A stretch of 64,000 nt of DNA from Octopus sinensis. Taxonomy: Eukaryota. The stretch spans positions 36,518,001 through 36,582,000 of the forward strand of contig NC_043015.1 of the NCBI RefSeq assembly GCF_006345805.1, in the 5' to 3' direction. A program made the position numbers and the translations under genes. Of this stretch, positions 28,040-41,332 are shown piece by piece; position 1 is the first letter of the stretch; every line of letters begins with the position of its first letter. A model generated the notes under the pieces. The model was not told the DNA's origin, did no database searches, and was given only the letters and a program-made list of their open reading frames with translations.

Positions 28040-28565
28040 GCTTAACAAAGAAGATCGTCTCATTGAAACAGCTCATCTACTGGGAAATGCTGAAACAGCT
28101 AAAACTCTACTCCCTGGAGCGAAGGCCGGAGAGGTATGCAGTAATTTACATCTGGAAGACCCTTGAAGAAATTGGGCCAAATTTTGGCTTTGAAAGCCAC
28201 ACTAATGCCAGAACGGGTCGATACTGCACAGTGCCAAAATTCCCAGCAATGCCATCGCGCTTCAGGACCAGTTACTGCAACTGCCTGGGTTTCAGGGGCC
28301 CACAGCTTTATAATACTCTCCCAAAGAGCTTGAGGAATCTACAGAATGTAGATGTAGGTGTCTTCAAATCAAAACTGGACTTTTTTCCTGTTGAGAGTCC
28401 TATATGAACTTACCTCACGGGAAGAGGTGCATATTAGAGTAGTGACATCAAACTCCATTCTTCACCAAGTGCCACATATTAGAGGAGGCTCGCAGTAATA
28501 ACAGAGGGTATCAAAACGGCGGTGTCCCAGCATGGCCACAGCTCTGAGCTGAAACTAAAAAAGAT
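28040..28565 (+). mobile_element. 5'-truncated CR1/L2-group LINE 3' end
   Basis: IYWEMLKQLKLYSLERRPERYAVIYIWK...FKSKLD is typical of the post-RT C-terminus of this group; followed by a 3' UTR and a (TA)n/(GT)n tail. Confidence 0.8.
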
Positions 28566-28581
28566 TATATATATATATATG

Positions 28582-28656
<75 letters not shown>

Positions 28657-28661
28657 TTTAT

Positions 28662-28870
28662 CCTTGTTTCAGAATCAGATTGCGACCATGCTGGGGCACC
28701 CCAATGAAAAATTCTTTTAGCCGAACAAATTGACTCCAGTGTTTTTCTTTGAAAACTGTCAATTATGCTATCATTTCTTTTGATGAACCACTACTCAGGG
28801 AGACGTAGAAGGCACCAAGACCGGTTCACACCGGTAGTGGGCGCAAAGAGAGATAGACAGACAGACACAC
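28662..28870 (-). mobile_element. Family B SINE 3' half
   Basis: cttgtttcagaatcagattgcgaccatgctggggcacc... Confidence 0.65.
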
Positions 28871-28899
28871 ACACATACATACATACATACATACATACC

Positions 28900-28935
<36 letters not shown>

Positions 28936-29105
28936 TATGTATATGTATATATACACTATATATATATGTATATATACATATATGTATATAATATACATAT
29001 GTGTATATGTATATATATATATATTATATATATATTATATAATAAAAACATTATTGGTGAATTGAAGAAATGGAGCTGAACGCAGATTGAACAGAAATCG
29101 TTTTA

Positions 29106-29190
29106 TTTCATTCTACACGTGTTTCGAAAGGCACAATTACCAAAATCCGATTGATAATGGGACCATATTGTGTCTTTCTTCAGGAAGAAA
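29106..29190 (-). ncRNA. Degenerate minimal type I hammerhead ribozyme motif
   Basis: Minus strand: tttcttc-CTGAAGA-aagacacaat...attgtgcctt-tc-GAAAC-ACGT-GTA-gaatgaaa; two extra nucleotides before GAAA. Confidence 0.55.
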
Positions 29191-29359
29191 AAAGGAAATC
29201 CGTTGGAAAAACAAAAACAGAACAGAGGCAGAGCAAAAAACAAATCGAATGTGCTCCTAAGAGCCCATGGCGAACTGTTTATCAGTGTATGTTGAGAACC
29301 GGTGGCTGAAGAATTTTGATTAATCCACTACAAGATTGTTCATCTTCTATTTCACAATA

Positions 29360-29404
<45 letters not shown>

Positions 29405-29879
29405 GTAACAGAAGCGAGAGAGAGAGAATGGCACTGAGAGCTGGAATTGGTGATGTAATCTTGGTATCGCCATAAAATGGGACTCAATATTTTAACCAAA
29501 GGAAATATATTCAGTATTATTTTGTTGTTAAAACATTGTCACATATTACGACTGCCGTCTCATCAAAGGAATTTCCTAAGTACCCGGTCGTTGCCTCAGG
29601 TTAATTGTAATTTATGTAGCCATGTATCATATGTGTTCTAGGCATGGCCCTCTCGTCGTTTAAGTAGACATAACATATCTACTACTTGATTTTGCGGACT
29701 AAAGTTATCCGAATGTAAATTGAAATTAATTTGATGGGTAATTAGAGCAAGTAGAATTCATTAAAATGTCTTCGCTGGTTTACGCTGGATGGTTTCTGGA
29801 GGGCAAATTTCCATTCTCAGATTACTTCCATCAAAGTCAGCTTAATTCCGCCGACCTGAACAAACAATGACGATGACAA

Positions 29880-29914
29880 ATTCCACGTCGACGACGATAA
29901 TAATGGTGAGATGG

Positions 29915-29969
<55 letters not shown>

Positions 29970-30240
29970 GGTGGTGGTGGTGACGACGACGACGACGACG
30001 ATGATGATGATGTTGGTGATGATGATGATGAAGATGATGATGATGATGAAGATGATGATGATGATGAAGATGATGATGATGATGATGATGATGATATCGA
30101 CGACAACGACAATTACAATGGGGTTATGACGATGAAGAATACAATTATAATAAGGAAAAGGATGATAACAACGACGACTGCGATGACGATGATGATGACG
30201 ATGAAGCTAGCAACGACGACGATGAGGTGAATAAAGGTAA
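29880..30240. repeat. (GAT)/(GGT)/(GAC) trinucleotide repeat
   Basis: Read directly. Confidence 0.95.
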
Positions 30241-30591
30241 AACCGAAGAGCAATATTGTTTTGAGAACTGGTGAGCAACCATTGTCATTTTGAAAGTTCC
30301 ATCCCCAGCCTCCAACGCAAACGCCACTCAAGGACGTCCTTTCAATGTCCAGTACGAGGGCAGACGTCTTTCTGTACAAATCTTTTTACAGTCACTGTAA
30401 AGATATATTTTGGTTGAAAAACATTTAAGATCACTAAACAGAGATTGTAAGAGAATAAAAGATAACAATCAACAGATATAAAATATTGTATATTGAGAGA
30501 GAGAGACTTTGTCCGTTGGCATAAACATTAATTATAGATAGAAATTATGGCTTTTATATAAATCATTACTAAATAACAATTAATAAATATA

Positions 30592-30835
30592 ATAATGGTT
30601 TCAAATGTTGGCACAAAGCCAGCAATTATGCGTTGGAGAAGTAAACCGATGTTATCGATCCAGTTCTCAAGTTATACGTATTTTTATATACTTATTTTTA
30701 TCGACCCCGAAATGATGAAAGTCAAAGACGAACTCAGTTGGAATTGGAATCAGTATGTAAAGAGCCAGAAATTCTCTCAGCCTGCAGACTTACATATGTT
30801 ACGTTTGCAAATTGTTAGCACAAGGCCAGCAATTT
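30592..30835 (-). mobile_element. Family A SINE fragment(s)
   Basis: tggtttcaaatgttggcacaaagccagcaatt...tatcgaccccgaaatgatgaaag. Confidence 0.65.
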
Positions 30836-30839
30836 TAGG

Positions 30840-30893
<54 letters not shown>

Positions 30894-31135
30894 TTAATAA
30901 TAATAATAATAGTTATTATTATTATTATTATAATTATTATTGTTGTTGTTGTTGTTGTTATTGTTGTTGTCGTCGTTGTTGTTGTTGTTGATGTTGTTAT
31001 AATGATAACAATAGTAATAATATATAACGATGATAGTGTTGCGAATATTAACTGCTATTATTATCATCAGTATTATCGTCATCTACATCCTCGTCCTCCT
31101 CATTGTTGACATCGTCGTCGTTGTCATTATGATTA
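30840..31135. repeat. (TAA)/(TTG)/(CAT) trinucleotide repeat
   Basis: Read directly. Confidence 0.9.
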
Positions 31136-31408
31136 TAATTTTCATATGAGAAGTTAGAGTTTGGCGATAAAATAGATTCCATTCGAAGATTAGAAATTAT
31201 TTTACGATCTCTTCAAGAGGAAAGTCATCCTTCCACTCAGAATCTTGCTTACCATTCTCTCTTTTCACCCGCTTTGTACGTGTAAGCGTCTCTGCCCGTG
31301 TATATGCATGGATACGTATAGAGAAATTTACATGCAAACTTAGGTATATAACAACATATCCAAAACGTATATGCCCACATATCAGTGAGTATGAGTTTGT
31401 ATATACAA

Positions 31409-31507
<99 letters not shown>

Positions 31508-31774
31508 TTAAATTTAAAATAAGGTTAAAGAATTTAATATTAATTTGATTAATATCAATTTAAAACCAATTGTCTAGCATATAAAATATCTGAAGATTCA
31601 GAAAAATTATATTGCACACATATTAGAGGGATGACCACTAAGTGGGCATCCATTATGCTAGAAGTCGAACCACTATGGTCATACTACTAAGAAAGAAATA
31701 TTCTCAAGAAAATTTAGCAAACGCCAGAACGTAAGCCCGCAAGACAAATCAAAAGATACAAAATATACAGATTA

Positions 31775-31841
31775 ATCACAAACCCGTTTCGTTGCTACGA
31801 CTTACGTAATCATGTAGATGTCCGCAACTCGTCTGTGTGAT
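31775..31841 (-). ncRNA. Mutated hammerhead copy
   Basis: atcaca-CAGACGA-gttgc...gcaac-GAAAC-GG-GTT-tgtgat; core U4 changed to A. Confidence 0.6.
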
Positions 31842-32390
31842 CGTCATAGCAAAATATAATTTGAAGAACTATACACGAGACGTCCGCATGAGATTGAACA
31901 TGTATATAGTTCTATGTGGGTGATTACATAACTGGTTTGTGATTAATCTCTATATTTTGTACCTTTTCATTTGTCTTGCTCACTTACTTTTTGGCGTTTG
32001 CTAAATATTCTTGAGAACATTCCTTTCTTAGTGGTAAGACCATAGGGGGTCGACTTCTAGCATAATGGATGTCCAATTAGTGGTCATCCCTCTCATATGT
32101 ATGTAATATATTTTTCTGAATCTTCAGATTTTTCTCTATGCTAGACCACTGGATTTAAATTGATATTAATCAAGTAAATATTTAATTTTTCACTCTTATT
32201 ATTTTGAATTTAAATTTAAATAACTATGTTCTCTAACCGGCAGAATTCACCGCAGAGAATTATTTTCTGCAGAATTACTTCCGGTACAATGGCGCGCCAA
32301 ACGGAAGACTTTTGAAATAAAACCCCAAATGTAATTGGTAGAACTATATACATGTTCCACCGCATGCGGACGTCATATTTTGGTATGACG

Positions 32391-32461
32391 ATCACACTGA
32401 CGAGTTGCAAACATCTACGTAAGTGATTACGTAAGTGGAAACAACGAAACTGGTTTGTGAT
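32391..32461 (+). ncRNA. Minimal type I hammerhead ribozyme
   Basis: Stem I atcaca/tgtgat, CTGACGA (32397-32403), stem II gttg/caac, GAAAC-TG-GTT with predicted cleavage after 32455. Confidence 0.72.
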
Positions 32462-34177
32462 TAAACTGTGTATTATATATCTTTTGGTTTGTCTTGCTCG
32501 CTTACATTCTGACATTTGTGAAATTTTCTTGTGAACATTCCATAAAGAAAGCATTGCAATAATATTAGAAGACAATGCGTAAACAGTGAATGAGGATTTG
32601 TTTAGAAACAGATTGACATGGTTTGTAAGAACATTTGAGGTGAGGAAATATGTCATAAAATTCCCCACCTCAAATGTGGGGAATTTTATGTTATTATGAA
32701 ATAACATAAACACAACCATCATCTAAATTGGATGCATTTTTTTTTTACTTATTTAATCACTACAATTCCTATTACACATTGCGTTATCTGTAGGGTTAAG
32801 CGACAAACAAGGACAAATGATGGAGAGGAAAATAATGAAAGGACATGTAGAACCGTCTGACTATAGGCCTTAATTCAAGGAAGATAACCGCATCCTCACA
32901 AAACGAAGCGGGTAAAAAAATGTGAATTTGAAATTGAGGAATACGAGGAAGAAGACGCACACAAATCTCATATTTACTTCTTTTTTAATGGATGACGAAA
33001 GTTTTACAACATGTGGTTTGGTGGTAGGCGCCTGTATCGCTCCTCGGGAAAAGAATAAATCACAAATAGGGAATCCCGAGCGCCATCGTCTCAGAAGTGC
33101 CATAGGAGTGTCAAAATACCGCTAAGAATACATCAGTGTAAGACTTCGAGCAGAGTGAGAATAGTGAAAGGTGACGAGAGCGAAAGTAGAGATTGGACCG
33201 GTCTGTAAGGCCGCAAAGAGAAAGTGTCTCTGAAGACATGTAACAACAGTGAAATGAGAGAGGCTATTTTCTGGTTAAAAACAGCAACAGTCAAGAGGTG
33301 AAATCTAAAGCGATATTGTCTGTTTCTCGTCTTTTGTTTCACTCTTGTGGTGTAAAACTTGCCGCGTCCCACCACTCCTGTGTTGTCCAAGTAGTGACGC
33401 CATGAAATAACTATACTCCATATGTGTTTGTCTGTTCAGTGTGTCTCTACGTATTATTTAACGCCGTATCCTGTGTCATGTCGACTACAGTTGTTCTTAG
33501 CTCATATTCTAGCAATGGTGCCAAAATCACTCCTTACATCATTTCAAAGACACATTAATCTTTTAATGATAATTACTTAACACTTCAGTTGTAAATGAAT
33601 CGATTACCAGTCCAGATTGTGAGCAAAGAAGTGAGGTAAAATGTGAGAGGGTGCAATGAGCGACATGATACACAAATAGAGAGAGGAAAAATAGAGAGAG
33701 AGAGAGTGTGTGTAGGGAAGAGAGAGAGAGAGAGTCACTGATAGAGGAGGACGTGAAGGAGGGAGATAATGGAAGAGAAATAAAGAGAAATAAATAAATG
33801 TAAACGAAAAGCACCAGACAAGAATTATAGAGAAATCATGAAATTCAAGGAGAAAAGCCATATAAATGTACATACATATGTGTACATATATATATATATG
33901 CATTCATGCATGTAAACCTAAATGTATATGCTCATATTTATATATATATATTATATATATATATATATATCTATATATATATATATATATAATATATAAT
34001 ATATATATATATATATATAGGTATGTATAGATACACTGACGGATATGTATGTATAAGAACATATACACGCACACACACACACTCACACGCATTTGCAAAA
34101 TAAGAGTGGTTTTACTGACGCGTATTATACAATTTCTAATTACCGTCTCTCTCTCTCTCTCTTCGTTTTATATATAT

Positions 34178-34248
<71 letters not shown>

Positions 34249-34519
34249 TGATTGTTCTAACAACAGCAAGACAGCTGGCTGTTGTTAAGTCAATAACAGG
34301 AAAGAGAAAGTCACGCTGACCGATGGAGGTAAATATAACCTACGATATCTCCAAAATATTGGATTTACAGTTCGTGTATAATATCATGCGACTTGCAGAC
34401 AGAGTCTCTTGCAGCCGAATTCTGTCAACATTTGACAGTATTTTAATATACCGCGTTAATTTTTTAAACTTTAAGGGTTTTGAAGTGAAGTTTCTATAGA
34501 CTTGTCCGCTTTTGTTCTG

Positions 34520-34925
34520 TGCTCGGACCTTGTGGCCAATAAAGAAATGATGATGATCCTGATGATGATGATAATGATGACGATAATCATCATCATCATT
34601 ATTATTATTGATGATTTGACTGAGGTTCGTTCTTATCATTGGTTGAATTTATGTCTTGCCAGTTACTAACTGTAAACTTAGGTATCCACACATTTTCAAT
34701 TGTCTTAAGCTCTACTACCACCACTACTACTACTGATACTGCTGCTGGTGCTGCTACCGCTACTGCTACTGCAAATACTGGCACTACTACTACTGTTGCT
34801 GCTGTTACTACTAGAACTACTACTACCATTACTACTACTGATACTGCTGCTGGTACCGCTACTGCTGCTACTACTACTACTACTACTACTACTTAATACT
34901 AATACTAATACTAATACTACTATTA
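34520..34925. repeat. (GAT)/(TAC)/(TGC) compound trinucleotide repeats
   Basis: Read directly. Confidence 0.9.
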
Positions 34926-35029
34926 CTCTTACCGAAATCACGTTTAAATGTTTCGTGTGAATGAAAACAATCATTTTCATTATCTGAGTATCTGACAGGT
35001 AACATTTCATAAGTATTATTTGTAATTTT

Positions 35030-35225
35030 GGAGGAAACCCACCAATTTTTATGGGGGAAGTGGTAAGTCGATTACAGCGCCCCCTTTGAGCGACTGATAC
35101 GTATTTAATTGACCCAGAATCATTGAAAGTCAAAGTCGACCGTGGTGGAATTTGAACTCAAAACGTAAGAACGCTAAGCATTTTATCTGTATTACTAACG
35201 AACCTCTCCCGATCGCAGCCTTTTC
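35030..35225 (-). mobile_element. Family A SINE
   Basis: gtaagtcgattacagcgccc...gaaagtcaaagtcgaccgtggtggaatttgaactc. Confidence 0.7.
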
Positions 35226-35919
35226 TCGTTTGAAAATATTTAGTCATCCACCCTCTACAAATATAATTCTCGCCTCACATCACAACACTATTTCATCTTA
35301 ACTGACCCGGCTCTGTTGAATTTCATATCCAGGCACATAAGAGAAGAAAAGGATGTCATAATACTGAAAAGGAGCCTGGACGATTATCTCCAACATGTTC
35401 CATACAAACAACCTACACCCGAATATATCTCTGCAAACGATAAGCTTTAACACGAACAGGCTATGATGCCTAAATGATATCTATAATAGGAAACATCATT
35501 AAATGTCTTTCCCAGATACTTCTATTAAGTTAGACATGGCCTGTGATAAGTCTGGCTGAAACTTATCTAAGTATCAAAGCAACTTCTATTTTTCCCTCCC
35601 AAAATATGTACACTACTACAGAGAGCAATACAGACATGTATACGTAAATTTCCTTCTGTACGATGATGCGAAATGGTTCCTGTAATTATTCCTGCAATTA
35701 TTACCAATGCCAAAGCCAGAATCGTGTGTCTGCAACAAAAGTGCGTATGGCATTTTTTTTGTCTTCTAATTTAGACGACATTTAGTCTTGTCGGAATACA
35801 TGTTTCGATGTATTGTCTTATCTATTATATAACTATTTTACATATCTCTCTCGTTTTTAATATATATATATACATCACCTCCTGAGATCCGGTTGCTTAT
35901 TTCGATTATATATATTATA

Positions 35920-36275
35920 TATAATCGAAATAAGCAACCGGATATCAGAAGGTGTGCAGTAAGATCGTTTCAAGCGGCTCCATTTAATTGAACAATGCAA
36001 TCATTATATCAATTACATCTGTATAGCGTACATATTGAGTATATTTTCAGTCACATTAGTAACAACATGGAGTTTCTGACTCATCTTGCTCTATTAGAGA
36101 ATTTGAGTAAAATTATATTAATGTGTCCAACTGATTAAAATATTCAATTTTTTTGTGCAGCTGAGGAGAGCTCTGCATTTAAACTGATGTAATGATTCCA
36201 TTGTTCAATTAAATGGAGTCGCTTGGAACGGTCGTACTGCATCACCACTATACCCCGTTGCTTATTTTGATTTTA
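35920..36275. mobile_element. MITE-like element with ~90-bp imperfect terminal inverted repeats
   Basis: The left end (aatcgaaataagcaaccgg...ctccatttaattgaacaatg) is the reverse complement of the right end (cattgttcaattaaatggag...cgttgcttattttgatt). Confidence 0.7.
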
Positions 36276-36287
36276 TTTGCCTTTGTT

Positions 36288-36326
<39 letters not shown>

Positions 36327-37860
36327 TTTGATACTTTGATAGGTTTCGGCCATTATTGGCCCAGGCCATGTCTAACTTAATAGCACCACCATATATATAT
36401 ATATGGTGCACGCACAAACATCACTAGGTGTTTACTTTGTCCCACATAGATCTCGAATGATTTAACTTCACTAAACGCTATAGTGAAAGTTAGTTGTCTG
36501 TTGTGATGCTGGATTGAAACCAGAGTCCATGGTTGGCAAGCTTTAACCATAATAATATGTTTGCAAGGAAACACGAAGTTTTATCACAAAACATCTGAGC
36601 CAATGTAAAAACAAAAACAAAAAAAAAACATAAATAAGAAATAGCATTTCATCGAAAATAATATTCTTGCGATTTTCCACTCACAACGAAAATCTAATTA
36701 CTGACGAAAATGAAAATAGCGAAATCGAAAATTGTTAAAAGGAGTTTAGAAGACATTTTGCCGTGAAGATAATATAAATAATGATTGTGCTAAATATATT
36801 CCATGAAATAATCAGTTTTATACATAAGCGATAGATTGGCGGGTTTATGTAGCACGTATCGTAAAAGTGGTGACACGGCAACCTTTTAACAAACACGCAG
36901 CCTGAGGTGATAATACAGAAGTATGGATAAAGTCTTTAATGTCCAATGCATAACGCTTATATTCTTATTGAATGGAGTGGACCGTCTGAAGGAATATATT
37001 CTTCATGTCATTCAGTAAAGCCATAACTAAGTAAAGATATGACAATTCTATTAAGACATTATACAACAGTAGCCTGGCTGTAAAATGTCGGTACATTACG
37101 TTGGACGTATATCAAATTTAATGTTTGCTCCTCTGTCTATAACAGTAAAGTAAACAATATACAACTAACTAAAAGTCCGACTGAAGTAACACAGATAAAA
37201 TGTAAACTAAACTAACTCATTGATCGATAACTCATGCTATATTTATTCAAGCGATTCTCAACTTATTAGCAGCCTGTGTTTTCATGGAGGTCAGCTCTGC
37301 GTTGCTTCAAAACGCTTAATGACATCGTCTGCATCAACACAAGTGAGAAAAGTTTCAATAACACGACTCTCTATTGTTTGAGCAAATATTTTCAGATGAT
37401 AAAATTTCATGACCGATGTAGCAACTGTCATGCGTTGCGGTGAATGGCTGATCGTCATTCACTGGAATTGCTCTCTTGGTCGAAATCATTTACAGTTTCT
37501 TGACAACGGTAAAGTTGATCATAGCAAAGGCGGGGATGGTGGTGGCAAAGGAAGATTGATGGAAAACTAAAGCATCGTATGATTAATAGTTTTGTGATTC
37601 CTGCTGAAAACCTAGAAACTGGTAACGAATCGAACTCGCAACAACTGGCTGTAAAATGCATAGCAATAATAATAATAATAATAATAATCACAAATGCAAT
37701 TATAAAATTCTTTATAGACTCTTTAGAATTATGCTAATTATCGTATCATAGCCTAGGTAATACATACATGCATACAAACGCACATACATGCACACCACAC
37801 GTGCACTACACACAGACACAGACACACACACCACACACACCACACACACCACACACACAC

Positions 37861-37910
<50 letters not shown>

Positions 37911-38742
37911 TGTGTATGTATATCAAGTTGAGCAAAAGTAAGCACACACACACATACACATATGTATATATGTATAATTCGTTAGCTGCGGAAGTATTAC
38001 TATTACAGAAAAGTAATCTGTATATCTTGTATCTATCTGTCTGTCTGTCTCCTCTCTCTCTCTCTCTCTCTCTCTCCCTATATCTCTCTATATATATATA
38101 TATATATATATAATATTATATCTATATATATATCTATATATAATATATTATTATATATTATATGGCAAAGAGAAGTACAACTTGTCATAATGAAATCAAA
38201 CATTTAGTAATATTTTTAAAGTATTGATTACTTTGCAATTTTGCCTCAGATATGATGGAAAATGCACGAATTACGTAAAACGTCATCAGTTAAAACATTT
38301 CAAAATATGAAAGTATGGATGGAAATATTTAAATATGTATGGTTAGAGTAGTGAGTTGCCTATTAAGATAGGGGATATGATTATGGTGGCGGAGTAAGAA
38401 GAGAGGGAGAAGGGGAGAGAGGGTGAGAGAGAGAGAAGAAATAGGACAAATATCAAAGCAAGGATATCACACGTGAAATAGTGAAGAAGGGGAAGAAATG
38501 GTGTATGTGTGAATGGTATTGTATGAGAATAGAATGGCTTCATTTGTTTGCGTGTAAAATCTAATGCAGTTTCGATAAAAAGTAGTGGAATGAGATCAGG
38601 TATTTGGTGAGGAAACGAACCAGGTGAGATTGTATGGATAAGAGTTGTCTTCGTGACTGGAATTGGCACTGCATGACCTTGAACATATGATGGTAACACA
38701 CTCACATACACACATACACACACTAACATATATGCATATACC

Positions 38743-38804
<62 letters not shown>

Positions 38805-39175
38805 CATCATATGGTATCAATCGATTGTTTCCTGATAATAGTTTTAATGGCCAAGTATATTGGCCAAGCATAATAGCCGTCATCACTATAAAACTCACCT
38901 AACAGCATCGAGAGCGCGTGTAACTGCTGCAACTCTATTTTCAGGAAATATACTCTCTCTCTCTCTCTATTGTTTCTTGCTCTTGTTTATTATGAGTAAC
39001 ATTGAACTTTTGCATTTGTTACTCTCACTGCCAAAAATAAGTTACAGCTTTGTCCTTGAGAGGAGACTTGACAACTGCGAATAGAAAATTTTCTATTTCA
39101 ACTTCCATAAACATTTCCAAAAAATTGTATACATACATAAGCAGGCAAATGAATACACACTCACAACACACACCA

Positions 39176-39235
<60 letters not shown>

Positions 39236-40032
39236 ATACACACACGTACGCACATTTATTTACTCATACATCTATATACATATTTTTTGTAAGTCTGTGT
39301 ACTTACAAACAAATTTATACACAGATACACACACATATATAAATACATTCATTGAACGTAATTTCGTTTCAAGCGTATCTTGTAAAAATATGTAGGAGTG
39401 AGTTTTTTATGAAGCTTAGCCAACTTATATTTTTCGTAATACACGTTTTTCACATAATTTCCAAGGAAAGTAACTTTACTGCGAAAAAAAGTAACCTTCG
39501 TCGTGCCATATCCTTTTTATGTCACGATAATTTTGCTTAAAATATAAGCGTGGTGAAGTCAGCTTCAGCCACAAGCTTATCTGCTAACGTATGCACGTTG
39601 CATTATTAGTGTATGTATGTCACACAATTACAGATAGGAATCTTGCAGTAATTCTTATGTAATTTTCCTTCATTCAGATATATCCTCGAGGTGTCGTATT
39701 TAGATATTTACTTGTATGTATGGATGCCTAAAACACACGCACATATACCGACATTTGAACACTCCAAACACACATACGAACATAAATATATAGAAGGCCA
39801 TATGTATGGACGTATGTATGAACATGTATATCTCTCTATACACTTTATATCCATAAATATATATAGTTCCGTATATACAGACGTTTACACACAAAATTGC
39901 ACAGAAACACACACACATATTTATATATATATATATATATACATATATACACGTACACAGAAATAAATGCAATGAGACACATGCATTCACATCCGCACAC
40001 ACACACGTAATCACACACACACATACACGTAA

Positions 40033-40076
<44 letters not shown>

Positions 40077-40780
40077 GATGGCGCTCACCTCATAGTAGAT
40101 ATTTTTATAAATTGTGTACAACTTTTTTACTCTATCCTTTAGTCCCCACTCATACGTTTGCCCTCTTTTCTTTTTCTCGCTCCCCGTCACTCTCTCACAT
40201 TTCTTAGCTCTCCCTTTCTTTAGCTCCCACTTTTCCTCCTCGTTATCTCCTCTGTACCTTTCCCATTGTCTCTAATGTGTTTTTTTTTCCAATTCTTCAA
40301 TCCCACTGCTCCTGGCCCCTCTCTCCTTCTTCCACGTGACCGGTGTCTGGCCAGCTATGATCTTTCTTTCTTGGCCTGACTGCCGACCGCCAATACCCCT
40401 TGTGTCCATCTCCTATGTTCCTGCCTTAAGGCTTTCACTTGATACACGCCAGCTCAATTAGATTCGTTCTCATTCGAAAGACATTTGTTGTTATATTCTT
40501 GTTTGTATTTGTAATTGTGTACGTTGTCTCAGTTGCCTTACACACTTGCTAGCTTTCTTACATAAAAATCTAATGCTCTCAGCTTACACATTTTGGCGGG
40601 CAAACAGATCGAACTATCTCAAGGGTAACTGTTCGAAACAGTAAGGACTTCTGGTAATTTGACTGAGGCAAAAAGGCAACGAATGACACGTCTTTTTTTG
40701 CCTGTCCTTCTAATTTTTCCCTTCTTCCCCTTCACTATTTCACGTGTGATATCCTTCCTTTCTTTTTGTCCCATTTACTC

Positions 40781-40813
<33 letters not shown>

Positions 40814-41077
40814 TTCCTTCTCCCTTCCTTCTTACTCCCCCACCATAATCATTTTCCCTTACCTTAGTAGCCATCTAACTACTGTAACCATTCATATTTA
40901 AATATTTCCATCAATAATTTCATCTTTTGAAATGTTTTAACTGGTGACGTTTTAGGTAATGAGAGCATTTCCCGACTTATATGAGGCGAACTTGAAAAGT
41001 ATCGTCTATCTGTCCGAATATTTTATTGCCCTGTTGCGTTTTTCTTTCAATCACCAATCTCTCTATCTTTATATATG

Positions 41078-41182
<105 letters not shown>

Positions 41183-41232
41183 TATAAATTTATTTATATA
41201 TAATATACACACACATATATATATAATATACA

Positions 41233-41332
41233 NNNNNNNNNNNNNNNNNNNNNNNNNNNNNNNNNNNNNNNNNNNNNNNNNNNNNNNNNNNNNNNNNNNN
41301 NNNNNNNNNNNNNNNNNNNNNNNNNNNNNNNN
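41233..41332. other. Assembly gap (100 N)
   Basis: Exactly 100 N; true size and adjacency unknown. Confidence 0.99.

Larger units (their letters stand above)
31505..32545. mobile_element. Non-autonomous PLE-related element with ~285-bp inverted arms and hammerhead motifs
   Basis: 31505-31790 is the reverse complement of 31930-32222; 32338-32545 is the reverse complement of 31690-31915; starts at a (TA)n. Confidence 0.75.

Noticed and set aside
29908-30240. Poly-Asp/Met acidic protein exon
   Set aside because: The repeat phase shifts along the tract; no splice context
32216-32722. 168-aa minus-strand ORF
   Set aside because: Antisense to the hammerhead-bearing repeat; no motifs
40590-40650. 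Hammerhead-like ctgttc-GAAAC
   Set aside because: No CTGANGA upstream
41233-41332. Biological continuity across the N run
   Set aside because: Fixed-size scaffold gap, so no inference was made across it
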